Origin: Tubiluchus corallicola
Taxonomy: Eukaryota > Animalia > Priapulida
DNA length: 64,000 nt
NCBI GenBank assembly: GCA_030141605.1
Contig: JAQGDQ010000042.1
Span: 124,001-188,000, forward strand
Direction: 5' to 3'
Made by a program: the position numbers and the translations under genes
In this document: positions 12,701 to 26,148 of the stretch, in pieces
Position numbering within the stretch: position 1 is the stretch's first letter
Layout of the letters: every line of letters begins with the position of its first letter
Notes under the pieces: generated by a model
The model's input: the letters and a program-made list of their open reading frames with translations, nothing else
Told to the model about the DNA's origin: nothing
Databases searched by the model: none

Positions 12701-15700
12701 GTACAGGAAGTTGACTAAAGCTCTTGCAGATGGTAAGAAGGACCTGTCAGAGATTATTGAACAAGCAACACAAGCCTATGATGCCAGGTATAGCTGTTAT
12801 TATTGTCAGATATGGTTTTATAATTTCTGTTTTTCTGGCATTCTTATTCAGAGTTACTTCCTGCAAATAATCAAGGTGGCAATTGTCAAGATTATATTAT
12901 TAATGGTGGTATAAACCAACAGTAACATAGATAGTTACATTTTTGTAACAAACTTGAAAGATACATTAGACTTCAAGTCAACTTACGTCTTTCAGGTTTG
13001 GTATCAAAATTTAATTGTGGGTTTATACCATCATTAATAATAATCTTGATGTTGACATTATAGTAATTAACTTATTATCTAAAGAAATTTCAGGCTGAAA
13101 CTTAATCAAAATATTAAAACATATTAATATAACATTGGAAACACTGAATTATGGTGGCCTAGTGGTCTGAATATATATCTGCCGTATAAACAAAAGGTCT
13201 TTTGTGCAAATGGGATGTATTTGAACTTTTTTACACTTACCATCTTTCGAGATTGGTATCAGAGTTTAAGTAATTGTGGGTGTACACCTGCAATACATCT
13301 CCCTATATAAATCTAAGTTGCGAAGTGCTTTAGTAACTTAATCATTTTTATTTTGTTAAGCAAACTGACAACTCAAGCATGCCATGAGCCTTATATCACT
13401 TGACTGTTTAATAACAAATATAACTACATAACAGAAATTATTATTACCCTGTTTTCACTTTAAATGCCATGCACCACGCAAAGCAATGACAGGTACCATT
13501 TTTAAACTTTTTGGTGTGATGTGGCCAATGTTTTGAACCCACGACTTCCTAGATGAAAAGAAACATGTTATCCACTAGAATATATTCTTTCATCGTAAAC
13601 TATACAATCTTCAAACTTTCCAACATAAAATTGATGTTTCTGTTACGTATGGTAACTCTTTAGCTCATCGTGTTTCTTTTTGCATAATTACATAGAGATG
13701 AAGCTCGAAGCAAGACGATTGCGCTAAAAGAGAGGTCAGAAAAAGATGAGCAAGCGCATAACCAAGAAGTTAAAGAGCTGAACAGAATCGTTGAAAATGA
13801 TAAGAAACTAAAAGAATTTATGGTTTGTAAGGCTAACGAACGTCTTTGCCAAAAAGAAGAGATGGAAAAGAAAAAACAGTTGAAGGGTAATCTTTTATTC
13901 TTTAATTCATGCTTAATTTTACTAGTCCTTGACTTGCTTTTAAATCATATATTATTGGGTATAATATTAAATTAGTAAAAAACTAAGGTATAATGTCTCA
14001 TTGTAAGATATAACTTAAAATTAAAGACCGTAGTAACAGTAGTAGCTGCATAGTAGCATTAGGAGGAGGAGTAGCAGCAGAAGCAGCACATTTTGCTGTC
14101 ACTGAAACTTTTATGATGCTTTAACAGCATCTGATTAATATTAACTATTCGGCATAGTTAAAACTACGTCAAAGTAGAATTTACCAAAATTTTGGTTTTT
14201 ATAAAAACAAGTGCTAAATATATTGGACTTTTATATTCTCGCATCAAATTATCAAGAAAATGTCCAAAAAATACTAAAAATTTAATTTTATAATCCCGTG
14301 CCCTTTTCTCTGCCTAGAAACTAGTGTTGAAATTGCAAAAAACTTGTATTTTCAAACTACAATAGTAGCTCTTTCAGGCAGTCATTTTGCTTTGGGCTTT
14401 TTCTGTTGACAAACATAAATCTTCATTAGGAAAGAGCCACCTACTGGATTTAAACATATCTTCAATGTGCTCTTGCAAAGTCCATAGCAACCACACTTTC
14501 GTACGGTTGCTAAGTGTTTTGTAGAGATGCGGCAAAAAACAATGGCTGACTTTAACAGCGATTTTTTCAATATTATGTTTTTCACTGCATAACCTGCACC
14601 TCAACTTCAACGATCTCTGCTTAGAAATAACATAGAGTTATGAGTTTGTTATCTAAATGATCCTCATAAAATGGAGACTCAATGTATGTGCATAACTGAA
14701 AAACGTTAATTGCTGACTTATGGATGATTTTGCTGTGCAAGCACACAAATAACTGTTTCTAAATTGCAGCTATAATTATGATGATGATAATTATTAACAT
14801 ATCGCAGTCTCCGTGACAATTTTAATATTTTTTTATTCAGATACTTCTGAACAAAAACAGCGTTCAAAGAGTCTAGATTCTGTGGAAAATTATGAGATGG
14901 CTTTTGAGAGAATTCGCCTCATTGCCGGAGAAGATGATCTGGATTCTTTAGTAACAAAATTCATTGAATGTGAAGACCAGAACTTTGCTTTATTTAATTA
15001 TGTCAATGAATTAAATAATGAAGTGGAAACATTGCATGAGCAAATAGAAGGTAATTAGATCATTTATTTTTTATTTGGATAGCAGTTAACATAGCAACTG
15101 AAAATCAAAGTATTTTTGGGTGTAGAGATATTCTCTCAGTTTAACGTCTTTGTACTATGTTAAGTTTTTCTATTTTGTACATTATAATTTGCTTGCATGT
15201 TTAAAGTATTACTATACTGTTGGCTTTGAGTATTATTAATTGTATTCCAGCAAAGAAAATGGAAATAGATAGCTTTCATCGAAGTGAAGAGGCAGCCCAG
15301 AAAAATACCCAAGAACTTCTCATGTCACTTGAGGTACATTTTCATATGTAGAACTAGACATTAATGGCTTATCAATATGAGTCCTTAAATTGTTTTCAAA
15401 ATTAAAAAAATGAGAATATTTTTAAGTCTAGAACATTAAAAATTTAAACATTCTCAAAAATCTTAAATATTTTTAAAATTATTTTTAAAAGTGTAGACTA
15501 TTGTCTTATAAACAAAAGTATCATATTTGAGTAATATTGTGTTTTACAATAGCACTTTTTATTTTAATTGCCGTAACAACTGAAGATCCACTCGATCTTT
15601 TATATCATTTGGATACAACTTTTATACTGTAAATTATTTTTTTAGTGGACCGAAATACTATTATGGAGATGTGTTTTGCTCATCCAATGCTCAACCTTTA

Positions 15701-18478
15701 ATTACATTTCCAGTGACTTATCTTCAGAAGTGCATACCTATCACAATGCTATTCCTAAATTCCATAATCAAATTCATGGCCATTATATGAATTAAAATTC
15801 TGGAATATTGTTTCTTGATCCATTAGCAATCTGACTTCCAACCAACTGCATTTCAACTTATTATTCTTTTGGTGTATACCCCCATGCATGTCTGGAAGTT
15901 TTAAATACCCTGTGCACTCTATCCAGGGAGCTCAAAGACTACCAGTGTTTAAATGTTGGACAGTACAAGTCTGCTCCTGATATCTCAGTACTTAACGTCA
16001 AACTGTTTGATGATGATGATGATAACTACAATGATGAGAACGATAATTAGCAATAACGATGATAGCAATGATGACACAGCAGTTATTGTTTAAAATTGGT
16101 CCCATCGAATGCGTTTATAGTGGTTTTTGCAGGCTCTTTTTAGCAATGTGATAAATGTAAGTAAAGAAGTGAATGGTATTAGTGAAGTGAATGAGTAAGT
16201 GACAAATTATTTTTAAGCCTGATGTAATGACTAAAAAACTCCAAAAGGCTATGAACTAAATTCACGTAAGCTGATTTATGTGAATAAATAATCTAGTGGT
16301 AAAACAGTTAAGAAAATATCTAAATTCATTGTGCACTAATGTGATTCATTGTTACACAGGAAAAGTTAAATCTGTTAAACGGGGAAGAAGCAGAACTGAA
16401 AGCTAAACTAGTAGCAACCAATGCAGTCATTGATCGGTTAAAAGAAAAGATTGAAGCTTTGTTTAACAAAATTGGTTGCGATAGTGCCAACGTTGGTGAC
16501 GTCCTTGGTGCAAACGCTGGTATCACTAACAATAACATTATGCTTTACTTGGGAATCATTGAACAACGTGCGAGTGATTTGCTAAAGATGCTTAACTTTA
16601 TGCAGCATCAGGTAAAATAGTTAAATCCTTTGCAAACTGTGTGAGACAGTGTTTAACTGATGGTGATGCATTTGTTTACGAGTCTTAAATAAGCAGCACT
16701 AGAAACTTTTGAGCAGAGAACAAATACTTAGCCGAACGGTTCTGTTATTGTATTTCACCAACTTTTTCTATTGTTTCTAAGGCGGTTGATTGTGCAAATT
16801 CACTTAATATGCTTCTTAGCCTGTCTTGTAATTAGGTCGTAATCCTGTAATGCAGTACCTCCTTTTTACTTGTATGATGGTACACCAAATTACGTTTAAT
16901 TTTGATTATATATATTATTTTTTAACTTCTGAGCCTTTAGTTTGTGATTTATTACTACTAACTTGTCTTACAGTTTTCTTGATAATGAAGTAAGTCATTT
17001 GGTATCTCCAACATTGAATTTGTTACTTACAGCTAGTGTTTGACAAATTTTATATTGTTGTTTCTGGCAGAAGTTTTTGTGGCACCACTTAAATATGAGA
17101 TACATTTAATTGTAAATTCTTATGCTCTTTCTACTCAACTGGCTGCGTTGTTTGAATTCTTTCCTTGAAGTCAATTTAGTCAAATACATATAGTCCGTAG
17201 CAATGGCTACTGTGGCTGCTCACATTCTATATTTCATTTTGGTCTTTAATGGCCAATAAATCTATCAAGGTATTGCAATTATAAAAGATTAACTAGGATT
17301 TTGTTTTCTGTTTACAGAAGTTTGCAGTAGATGAAACTGCTAGACCTCCATCGCCATTGGTACCTAGACCTGCTACTGCCATGCTTCCAACGCTAGTTCG
17401 GCCTCCAACTACGGGGTACTGTTATTACTCAAATCATACCTTTTCCTAGACTATTGCATGTAAATTATGTGTGACAACCAGGGCCGAATTATAACCATTT
17501 GAGGCCCCTAGGCTAATGAAATTATGGGGCCCCCTCAAACAGATCCACCCTCTAACTCACTTGCAAGATGAGCAACATGATAAACAAATATGGATTGAGG
17601 CCCCATCATTTGCAAACAGGCTCAAAACTGTGTCCCTTATTGCAAACAAAAGGCCTCAAACACGGGTCTTTTATCTCAAATAAGGGATCACAAACAGGGG
17701 CCTTTTTTGTGATCCCTTATTTGAGATAAAAGACCCGTGTTTGAGGACTAAAAGACTAAATTGGGTTTTCAGATTTCCAGGCTGCTCTTTCTAAAGTTGA
17801 AATTTTATTTTAAGTTAAATGAATTATTTGGCAATGCCAGATATTAAAATATTACACTCATTTTGCAAAAAAATACATTTGAAAGTCTTTTAACGGTGCC
17901 CCTCAAATTTGGGGCTCCCAAGCTTCAGCGGCCCTAGGCTACAGCCTATACTAGCATATAGGGCAAACTGGCCTTGGTGACAACTGTACATTTGAGAAAA
18001 AAAAATGCCTACAGTCAAATCTCGTTATAATGCCCTCCCCCCTTTATAATACCAATCTCGCTTAATGCCCAAATTTTTAGTACAACAAAATGTCTATATT
18101 TGCATAGGCATGTATGTATTAATGCACCTCATTATAATGCCAGACTCGCTGTAACACCAACTTTTTTTCAGTGCCAAAGTAGGCTGTATAAAGAGGTTTG
18201 ACGGTTATGTACTATTAAGGTAGTTTGTTACAGATTTTTACACACCCACACACATTTCAAGCATGTAGTTTTTTGTTGAATATATACTTTTGGGCTTTAG
18301 GGATGACAGTGATTATAGTTCAGATGATGAGGACTTGGTTAAACCTATGGAACCTGATGAAGTAAAAGGAAAAGTCATGAGAGTCATTTCTCGTAAAGAA
18401 GTTGCTAACAAACTAGACAAAATTGACTTCACTGCAGCGGCAAAAGCAAAGCGTAGATCTCTGAACAAGAATGCCTAG
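9788..18478 (+). CDS. ODAD1: Outer dynein arm docking complex subunit (ODAD1/CCDC114 - CCDC63 family), ~560 aa; exons 9788-9963, 10745-10934, 11696-11818, 12606-12787, 13696-13886, 14841-15050, 15251-15333, 16360-16611, 17318-17415, 18301-18478
   Basis: In-frame GT-AG chain (1683 nt) encoding a long coiled coil with family motifs RLQRQFRTMEGDKKAY, IRILENRL, FNKMLTVNAELR, ATQAYDARDEA, LVTKFIECEDQNFALFNYVNELN, IMLYLGIIEQR. Confidence 0.9.
10271..10582. mobile_element. hAT-type MITE in ODAD1 intron
   Basis: CAGGGC...GCCCTG termini; imperfect 8-bp TSD GGTAGAGT / GGTAATGT. Confidence 0.55.
13440..13580 (-). mobile_element. tRNA-derived SINE with a Meta-SINE-like central domain
   Basis: Minus strand reads GTCGTGGGTTCAAAAC (B-box-like) followed by CACACCAAAAAGTTTAAAAATGGTACCTGTCATTGCTTTGCGTGGTGCATGGCATTTAAAG, resembling the recalled Meta domain consensus. 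Confidence 0.45.
17479..17976. mobile_element. hAT-type MITE with internal perfect hairpin
   Basis: CAGGGCC...GGCCTTG termini; perfect 8-bp TSD GTGACAAC (17471-17478 and 17977-17984); perfect 41-bp inverted repeat at 17654-17694 / 17706-17746. Confidence 0.85.
18012..18204. mobile_element. Short pogo/Tigger-type MITE
   Basis: TA|CAGTCAAATCTCGTTATA ... TATAAAGAGGTTTGACGG; internal repeats of CTCGYTATAATGCC. Confidence 0.6.
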
Positions 18479-19850
18479 ACCAAGTGATTGTCCTGTTGGG
18501 GTTTTTGTTATTTTAATATTGTGGGTGCAATTATTCTTATGATCATTATTAAATTAAAAATCAAAGTTCTGTAGGCTTATTTCTATTTGATTGGATTTAT
18601 ACCTGAAAATAATGTTGACAGAAATCTTTAAAGTTTAGTATAAATACTTTTTTCTGTATCTAAGATTGCATAATAAATCGAGTTGCCTTAATGTTCCACG
18701 TGAACTGTAGATGTTTCATAGTTTTGCTACCAAACAGTTAGCTTGTCTGAAATAACTTCATTTACTCTTCCAGTTTTAATGTACTAACTGCTAACTCAGC
18801 AAAGAGTCATTTTTATAACACTTAGCAGACTAAACAACTAGGTGCTTAACTTTCTGACTTCTCGAATTGTGAAGTCGTTTATGATCTTTCAAAATCAAGT
18901 GATTTGGTATACAACCTTTTAATAGAAAGAATCGCTAAGTTAGTGAGTCTATGATTGTTCATAGTTAAGCAAAGATTACATATAATTGTTAATTAATTTC
19001 AACTTAGAAAAACTGTAGAACAGCTAGCCTGTGAGATCTGCCGAGAGTTAACTGTAGAGAAATATGTCCATGCCCTTGATGAAACAACGACGTTATAATA
19101 ATTATTGTTTTACGTTTTAAATTAAAATATATAATTTAACATGACTGCGTTAGGTAAGTATATGAACGAAGAAAATTATAAAATTTCTGGTCTGGCGTGT
19201 GAAAAAATAAGTGTACAGAGGCGAATAGACAGAAACAGAAGTATTTTTATAATCAGCCTTATTAACAGAAAGTATTATTGTCCGCACATCCCGCACATTC
19301 CACGCTGTGCCACTGGATAAAGTGCCAAATTGCACATAAGAATAAAAGTTATCAATGATAGACTTTTATTAATTTTAATCATAAAGGCATATACATACAT
19401 GTACGTATTATGTATTTACATCTATCAAATTTGAATCTTCGGAATAAAATAAATTAATGGCTAGAAAAATTCACCGCACTAGTCGTAGTACAAATAGCAT
19501 TTACAGCTGTGATTATCATATTGAGTGCATTTCATGCATTAATGCCTACTTTATAACTACTGTAGTAGCAGTTACAATTGTTTAAACAACAACAATATTC
19601 TGTAAAATTGATCGTTACGGAAGTATTTTAAATATTTCCCAAGTATAAGATGTATATTGACAGTGACAGTCAAAATAAATTACAGGTATCATTTGTAATT
19701 GTTTGGTTTTCAGTAAAAATTACACAATAAGCCTTTTCACAGTTTTGCTAAATGCACATACAGTTGCTGTAGGTCAAAGGTTAAATGTACCACAGCAACA
19801 CATCTTAACCACAAGTACCAAGTTCAATAGAAGGTGAAACAAACTAATTA

Positions 19851-20296
19851 GGGGCCATCCGCACATAACGATATCAAGTTTAGAGTAGGTAGGCAACAGG
19901 AGACCCGATAACGTCATGATAATGAAAGGTAGGTAGGTCATTGAGTCACGACATCGTTCTCTGACTTTGCGCTTTATTCAACTTCACGCTTTTTTGACAT
20001 GTTGATCATGCATCTCAAAAACTGTGGAGCCACAACCAAAGTGTTGTCGTCAACATCAAAAGCAGCAGATTGCGCCACCAGCGGAAGTGCTATTAAACGA
20101 ACAACCAACTCATCCAGTACGTCTGGAAGCGATGCGGAACAAGAAATGGTGAGACGGTTGTTTGTGGTCAGCCGTGAGGAGAAGGAATCTGTAGAATAGG
20201 TAATAGAATAGAAATATGATAATGCCATTATAACGCAAGGTAGATATGCCCTATAAATTGGTTGAAAACTTGATATTGTTATATGTGAATGGCTTC
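19851..20296. mobile_element. PIF/Harbinger (Tourist-like) MITE downstream of the GOSR1 stop
   Basis: TIRs GGGGCCATCCGCACATAACGATATCAAGTTT / AAACTTGATATTGTTATATGTGAATGGCTTC; TTA target-site duplication on both sides. Confidence 0.7.
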
Positions 20297-20558
20297 TTAA
20301 CGCATAACTGGCTTTACAGCTGGACTAACGTGACAAGCAAGCCTGCTGCACATTTAATTACAGGCAGAAATCACAGAATCATGCTATTCTGACAACAGTG
20401 GTAATCTATCCATGATGCACGAATAATATCACATATATCGCAAGGTATGCCCAATTAAAAATACGTGAAATGCCTGTAAAGCTGCAACGCGCTGCACAAC
20501 CTAGTCATCTTGCGCATAAAAGACAAGTTTTATTAGTTACACAATGTGAACGAGACGC

Positions 20559-23500
20559 TCAGTGAAATGCATACAGAAGCAATACTATTATGCAAATTGA
20601 TATAACTATACCAAGAATGATGGAATCTCGGCGCTTGCGGAAGTTTACTCTCTGTATAAGGCTATTCACAAGTGGAAATTTATCTGTAAATCAAAGTTAA
20701 GGTTCAAATCAGTTAGTCTTACAAGCATATCGTGTTGATCAAAATTACAAAATATATGAAGAGCAAATCGGTGTGGAGAGCAAACAAAACACAATTGTGG
20801 TGTAAGCAATCCCTGGAATATTTCTATACTTATTTAAAAAATATAAAATATTAGTGATAGTATACTATTAACTACGTATATGTCATCATTTCACGAAAGA
20901 GAATTGCGAAAGTATGAATTAAGAAATTAAAGGCTCACCGACACACTGGACATTTTAGAAACTTTTAATACTTTGGATGGATTAAGAAACCATCATTTAT
21001 TTACATCAGAAATGCATATTAAGAGAGCAAATCACCCTCAAAAGAGGTACCTCAGAATGCCGCCTGGAATGCTTGCGGCATCACAAGCATAAGCCAATCT
21101 TTCAAGTACGATAGTAGGATTAGCGAAGGCAGGCAACCCTTGCCTTGACCTTCAGTAAGAGTTCGCTTGCAGTGAAGGACAATCTGGCTGTGCATGTTTT
21201 AGTAGGTATGTATATTCTACACATCGTTTATGAATAGTTTCCTGTTAAATCAAAGAGCAAGCGACGCTAATTTTTTGCTTAGGCCGGCTCTCTGACTTAT
21301 AGGTATTTTAAGCACTTTACAGAAAATCAAGTCGGAGAAGAATTACATTTTTTTAGGCTGTTGCATTTAACTGACAACTACCATGATTTGAATAGTAAAT
21401 CATATAGTTTTGTGAATACTTGTTATAAAATATCATTCCCAATGTTGTAGTTTCGCCATTTTTTATTCAGGAATAAGAATTTAGTTGAAACTTGTTACAG
21501 TAAAATGCGCAATGAGCAAGCAATTTGTGCTAGAATCGCTTTAATTTAAAACCTTTTTCTAAAGATATGCGAAATTGCCAAAAAAATAACTGTGGTTTCA
21601 AACTGGGCAAAGCTTAATTAAGTTTATATCATGATAATGTAATTCAAGCACTAAATTTGTGAAACTACGACATCAAGATCTTTATGAGGCCACTACTTTT
21701 AGCTTTTTGAGTTACAGTAGATTTAGCTTTTACCATACTAGATAAACAAATTTTGTGATTTGTCTTAAATTATAAAAAATAGGATATTAATGTCAGTAAG
21801 CTTTTTTCTAAATATTTCACTTGCTATATATATTTGTCTGCAAATATTACTAATGTTATTGCTTGAACTATAGAATTGGGCAGTGCAGTGAGTGTTCTCA
21901 AAGGCAGCATTCTCAAAATACATAAATGTCACATCTATATAGAGCTTTGAAGAACTTGATTTACTTGTTAACGAAGCACATCACTTTAGATCATCCGTTT
22001 GTTTTAACTCTTTCATCTAGGTCTGATCGAGATGCTTGCTGACCAATGAATTTTTCTCAAATTGTCACTACATTCTTCTATGCTTGTTATTAATGCAGCC
22101 TAAAACAGCGCATTATGATACAGTTATTGAAATGTTATAGTCATTAAAATTAATAATATGTGTAATGTAATGCAACACTGTATACTCAGGGCTTCAGTCG
22201 TTTCCCATGGAAGCCCCGGAACAGTAGTGCTCCGGGTTATGCTACTTGTATTTAGTTATAGAGTTCATGATATGCTTATAAGAGCACAGTCTGTATAGAT
22301 CCTAGTTTTGCCAAGTTACCATTAGCCCATTGCCAATGATTCTTGAGCAAATTACAAGTTGGCAATTTACAATGGTCTGTTTCTTTCGTTTCACTCAGCC
22401 AACTAGTCCTTATATTTGTCAAAGAAGTTTGAGAAACTTGTTTGATATTAGCCTTCATCAATGATTCTAGTGATTCCAAATTTATTATTAATACAGAATA
22501 TAAATAACAAATAGAAAAGGATACTGGCCATGGCATTAAGCTTGTTGGTGATATCATGAAAAGTTCTCTTCTGTTTTTCCAAACTGTCTTTTGTTGCCAT
22601 AGCAATGCTAACAAGAAAATATAGTAAAGTCATATAGCAATTTCATTCATTCAGAAATTCTTTGCTAAAAATTTGTTAAAATAGTTTCTTCTACTATGCA
22701 GAATATAAATTAACAGATAAAATGTTTAAATAATATGTGTGACAGTACTTTTTGTTACCTACCTTATCTGCTCTTCAACTAGCCTGTCCGAACTGCAAAA
22801 AAGAACAACGAATAAAGGGGATATTTACTATAAAATAATAAAACAGAAGTCATCTCTTTTCAAACAACAGCTAAAGGTAACAATATTTTTAATTGTGACA
22901 TTTTTACAAGGGACCAAGTCCATATAAATATCATAAAGTATCACATAGTATCATATATAAGACAAGTACAATATAAAATCAAACTCAAAAAGTTAGCTAA
23001 GTTCATGTGTGCATTCTGAATAAGAAAAGACTGAAAAAATATATTATCGTAACATAGATTTCATGTTATATCAGCCAATAGTTTTAAAATTACCAGAACG
23101 CAACAAAATTTTCCATTTATGATAAAAATTGATTAGTGGAGGGTGGGTTGAATGAATTATGCTGATAACAACAAGATACTGTTTTGGTTTCTCTATCGAC
23201 CAACTGCAAATGACCCAGACTGACTATGATAGTAGCACATTCCAAAGTGGGCTTTCAATTCTAAATCCTTGTTAGCATATTGAACCAGGGATTCTTCAAA
23301 TTACTCTTTTATGCATGTATGGCAGAGTATTCTAGTAGGACCTATTTTTTTATGTTAGAAAAAATTACCTTCGAATATGTTCTTGTTCTTTTAAATAAAG
23401 ATCTGTTCTCCGATTCAACCCTGTAGCACTTTTATATGACCTGTAAAATGTACACCAGAGTTACACACACTTGAAAGTGTTCATACAATTAAGCGCACAA

Positions 23501-26148
23501 CTTTTTTTGTTCGTAGCTCTGAAACAGGCTTTCAGTACTCTTACAGGTAAAAATATTACAAATCAAATAATGAAGGAAATTCGCTTATAGAAGCTATACA
23601 AATAAAAAGTAAAATTTTAATGTCTGTATTTTAAAATCCGTTGAGAAAGTCATTATCCACGACATAATGGCGTAACATCCAAATAGGTAGGAACAGCCAA
23701 ATAGTCAGGACATGCTTGAAAACTGAACAATGTTGTGGCTGGTCAGAAATTAGTCTTTCGTGGATTGGTGATTTCTGATTTGAAATCGCTTTGTGTAGTT
23801 TCACTTGTTTAAACTAATTCTGACTGTTTACCTTGTACTTGAAGGACGCACACGCGGTTAAGTTAACTCTGTTCCCACAGACCTTGAGTTTATTTTTCAT
23901 TATCAAGCTTTCTTTTAAATGCAAGACAAAGTTGGTAGTTTTGTACAATGAAAAAAAATAAATATAAAACAGCTAAATAGCTGATGATCCACAGAAATTC
24001 CTAAAATTTATTGCTGTGTACACATAAATGAAAATCTTGCATTGAAAAAAAAATCACTTCAAATATAATGTATGATATTTCCAAATGAGATGTTTTCAGT
24101 ATTTCTAGTGTGATGCAATTATATACATTTGTTCAAAAGTTGTGTCAAAAGATTTAGGAGTGATCATATTACCTTATTAACACAAGGAAGAAGAAAGGGA
24201 TCACATAATATTACAATGATAGTGTTGCCAATATATTAACGACTTTATCGCTTGCATGGACCGTATCACTAAATGCAAACATACTCAATATCTCTGTGTA
24301 CTGAGCCGAGTAAATCTTCCCGCTCAATTTGTGCAGCAACGTTGGTCTTTGTTTTTGAAAACTCGTGACTGTAATCTTGTAGGATGTCACGGTGTCTTTG
24401 TAATGTGTGTAGTAAAGCTGGATTACTGGTAGCCCCATTTGACGACATGTAGTCTGCTAGCTTGTCGTTCAATTCTGTTAGCTGAAATATCAAATTCAAT
24501 TTAATGTGCCTGTGGACTAACTAATTTCCTAGTATCTTACAAAGAATAACACATAACATGTGATATTATAAAAACTATTTCCAATTTCATAACTAATAAA
24601 TGTTGCTCATTTTACATGAAAAGAGTTGCTTTGGAAACTATGCAGAGCATAAAAACTACAAGATTACAATGAAATGAGGTTTAAATTCAAAATGTAATTA
24701 CAGAAGTAAACATTTGCAACTATGTAGATCATAAAAATGCAACATTACGATGACATGAAGTTTAAATTCAAAATGTAATTACAGAAGTAAACATTTGCAA
24801 CTATGTAGATCATAAAAATGCAAGATTACAATGACATGAAGTTTAAATTCAAAATGTAATTATAAAATTAAACATTACAATGTATTATTTAATGTTTATA
24901 TGGTAAAAAATTAATGCACCTTAGCAAGTAATTGCTCGATCTCCATTGACATTGTTTGAAACATATGAGATGTGCTTGTTCCACTAAGTAGCGGTACCTG
25001 ATCAGAACTAAATAAAAAATAAATCACAGTTAATTTAAATAAAAAATACAGACTAATGATGTTTTGATACTGTAATAACAAAATAATATATGATTAATCC
25101 ACTCACACCTCTTTGTACTGCCTACTTTGGAACTGCAAAAAGGTTATATTGTTTTAGTGAGTTTTGCATTAGAACGAGGTGCATTAATTAATACGAACAT
25201 GTCTATGCAAATGTAGACATTTGGTTTTGTCAAAAATATGGACATTAAGCAACATTGGCATTATAATGAAGTTTGACTGTATGTCCCAGTAAAACTTTAA
25301 TAAGAGTTTACTACTTGCAAAAACGGAAACATACTGAAAAGGTATTATATATCAGACTGGCACACTATCTCCATATACCTAAGAGTAACTCATTTAATGG
25401 TAGTTACTAGCTTATAACTATACCTTTCATTCTTTGTATTATGCTGGCTAGTATATGTTGTTCCAAGTTTGCTAAATGAAACTAGTTTCAAGTCCAATTC
25501 ATTCTCTAGCTGTCTTGCTTGCCTGCGCAAATCTAAAACCAATGAAGACAAAACCTCAGTAGAAATAGGACAAGAAAAAATGGCTGAGTGAGCAGCAATT
25601 GAAGCAAAATCAACCCTGGTAAGTAAGTGGATAAGTGACCACAATGACCCTTGTCAGTAATGAATAGATGACAACTGAGAAAACTGCAATAACTATCTAT
25701 CATATTGCGATTAGTAACTTCAATTTTCGTTATAATTTCTATTATAATTCTATTATGTGTATCACTATCTGTGATGATGAGTTATAGACTGTGTTAATAT
25801 GCTTAGATTATTATGAGAAAATTATGGACGGTACTTTTCTCGTTGAATGTCAACTCAAAAAATTATAGCATAAAGTTTAAAACTTAAAAATATATTTCAC
25901 AAAAATTATTATTAATTGATGGCACAAAACCACAAACCAGATTTGAAAGGTATCAAAATAAAATTGTGGGTTTCTACCAGCATTACCTTCGGTTTATCTA
26001 AATTGCATTGATTGTAATATAACATTATTAGGCAGAATGATCTGCTAAATGTTACGGATCATTTTATGCCGCACAATAGTTATATTATTATAATTAAAAT
26101 ATAATAACGTGTCAATTTACCTTCCCATCGTGGATTTGGTGACGCCAT
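20559..26148 (-). CDS. GOSR1: Golgi SNAP receptor complex member 1 (GS28), ~243 aa; exons 26148-26121, 25532-25424, 25007-24920, 24481-24285, 23440-23369, 22792-22763, 22607-22525, 20683-20559
   Basis: In-frame chain (732 nt): WEDLRRQARQLENELDLKLVSFSKLG, MFQTMSMEIEQLL, ALLHTLQRHRDILQDYSHEF, RRTDLYLKE, FPLVNSLIQRVNFRKRRDSIILG plus C-terminal TM ending YAFH. An in-frame upstream ATG lies at 26163. Confidence 0.96.
20684..22524 (-). other. U12-type (minor spliceosome) GT-AG intron, last intron of GOSR1
   Basis: 5' splice site GTATCCTTTT (22524-22515); branch site CCTTAAC (20702-20696) with the branch A ~13 nt upstream of the acceptor AG; no long polypyrimidine tract. Confidence 0.92.
24636..24876. 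repeat. Tandem repeat, ~81-82-bp unit, ~3 copies, GOSR1 intron
   Basis: AACTATGYAGAKCATAAAAA...GTTTAAATTCAAAATGTAATTACAGAAGTAAACATTTGC recurs at 24636, 24718 and 24799. Confidence 0.9.

Noticed and set aside
14374-14610. Cys-containing minus-strand ORFs in an ODAD1 intron
   Set aside because: Only vague resemblance to a transposase zinc-binding N-terminus; no termini or catalytic motifs found.
19974-20228. ORFs between ODAD1 and GOSR1
   Set aside because: Lie inside the Harbinger-type MITE 19851-20296.
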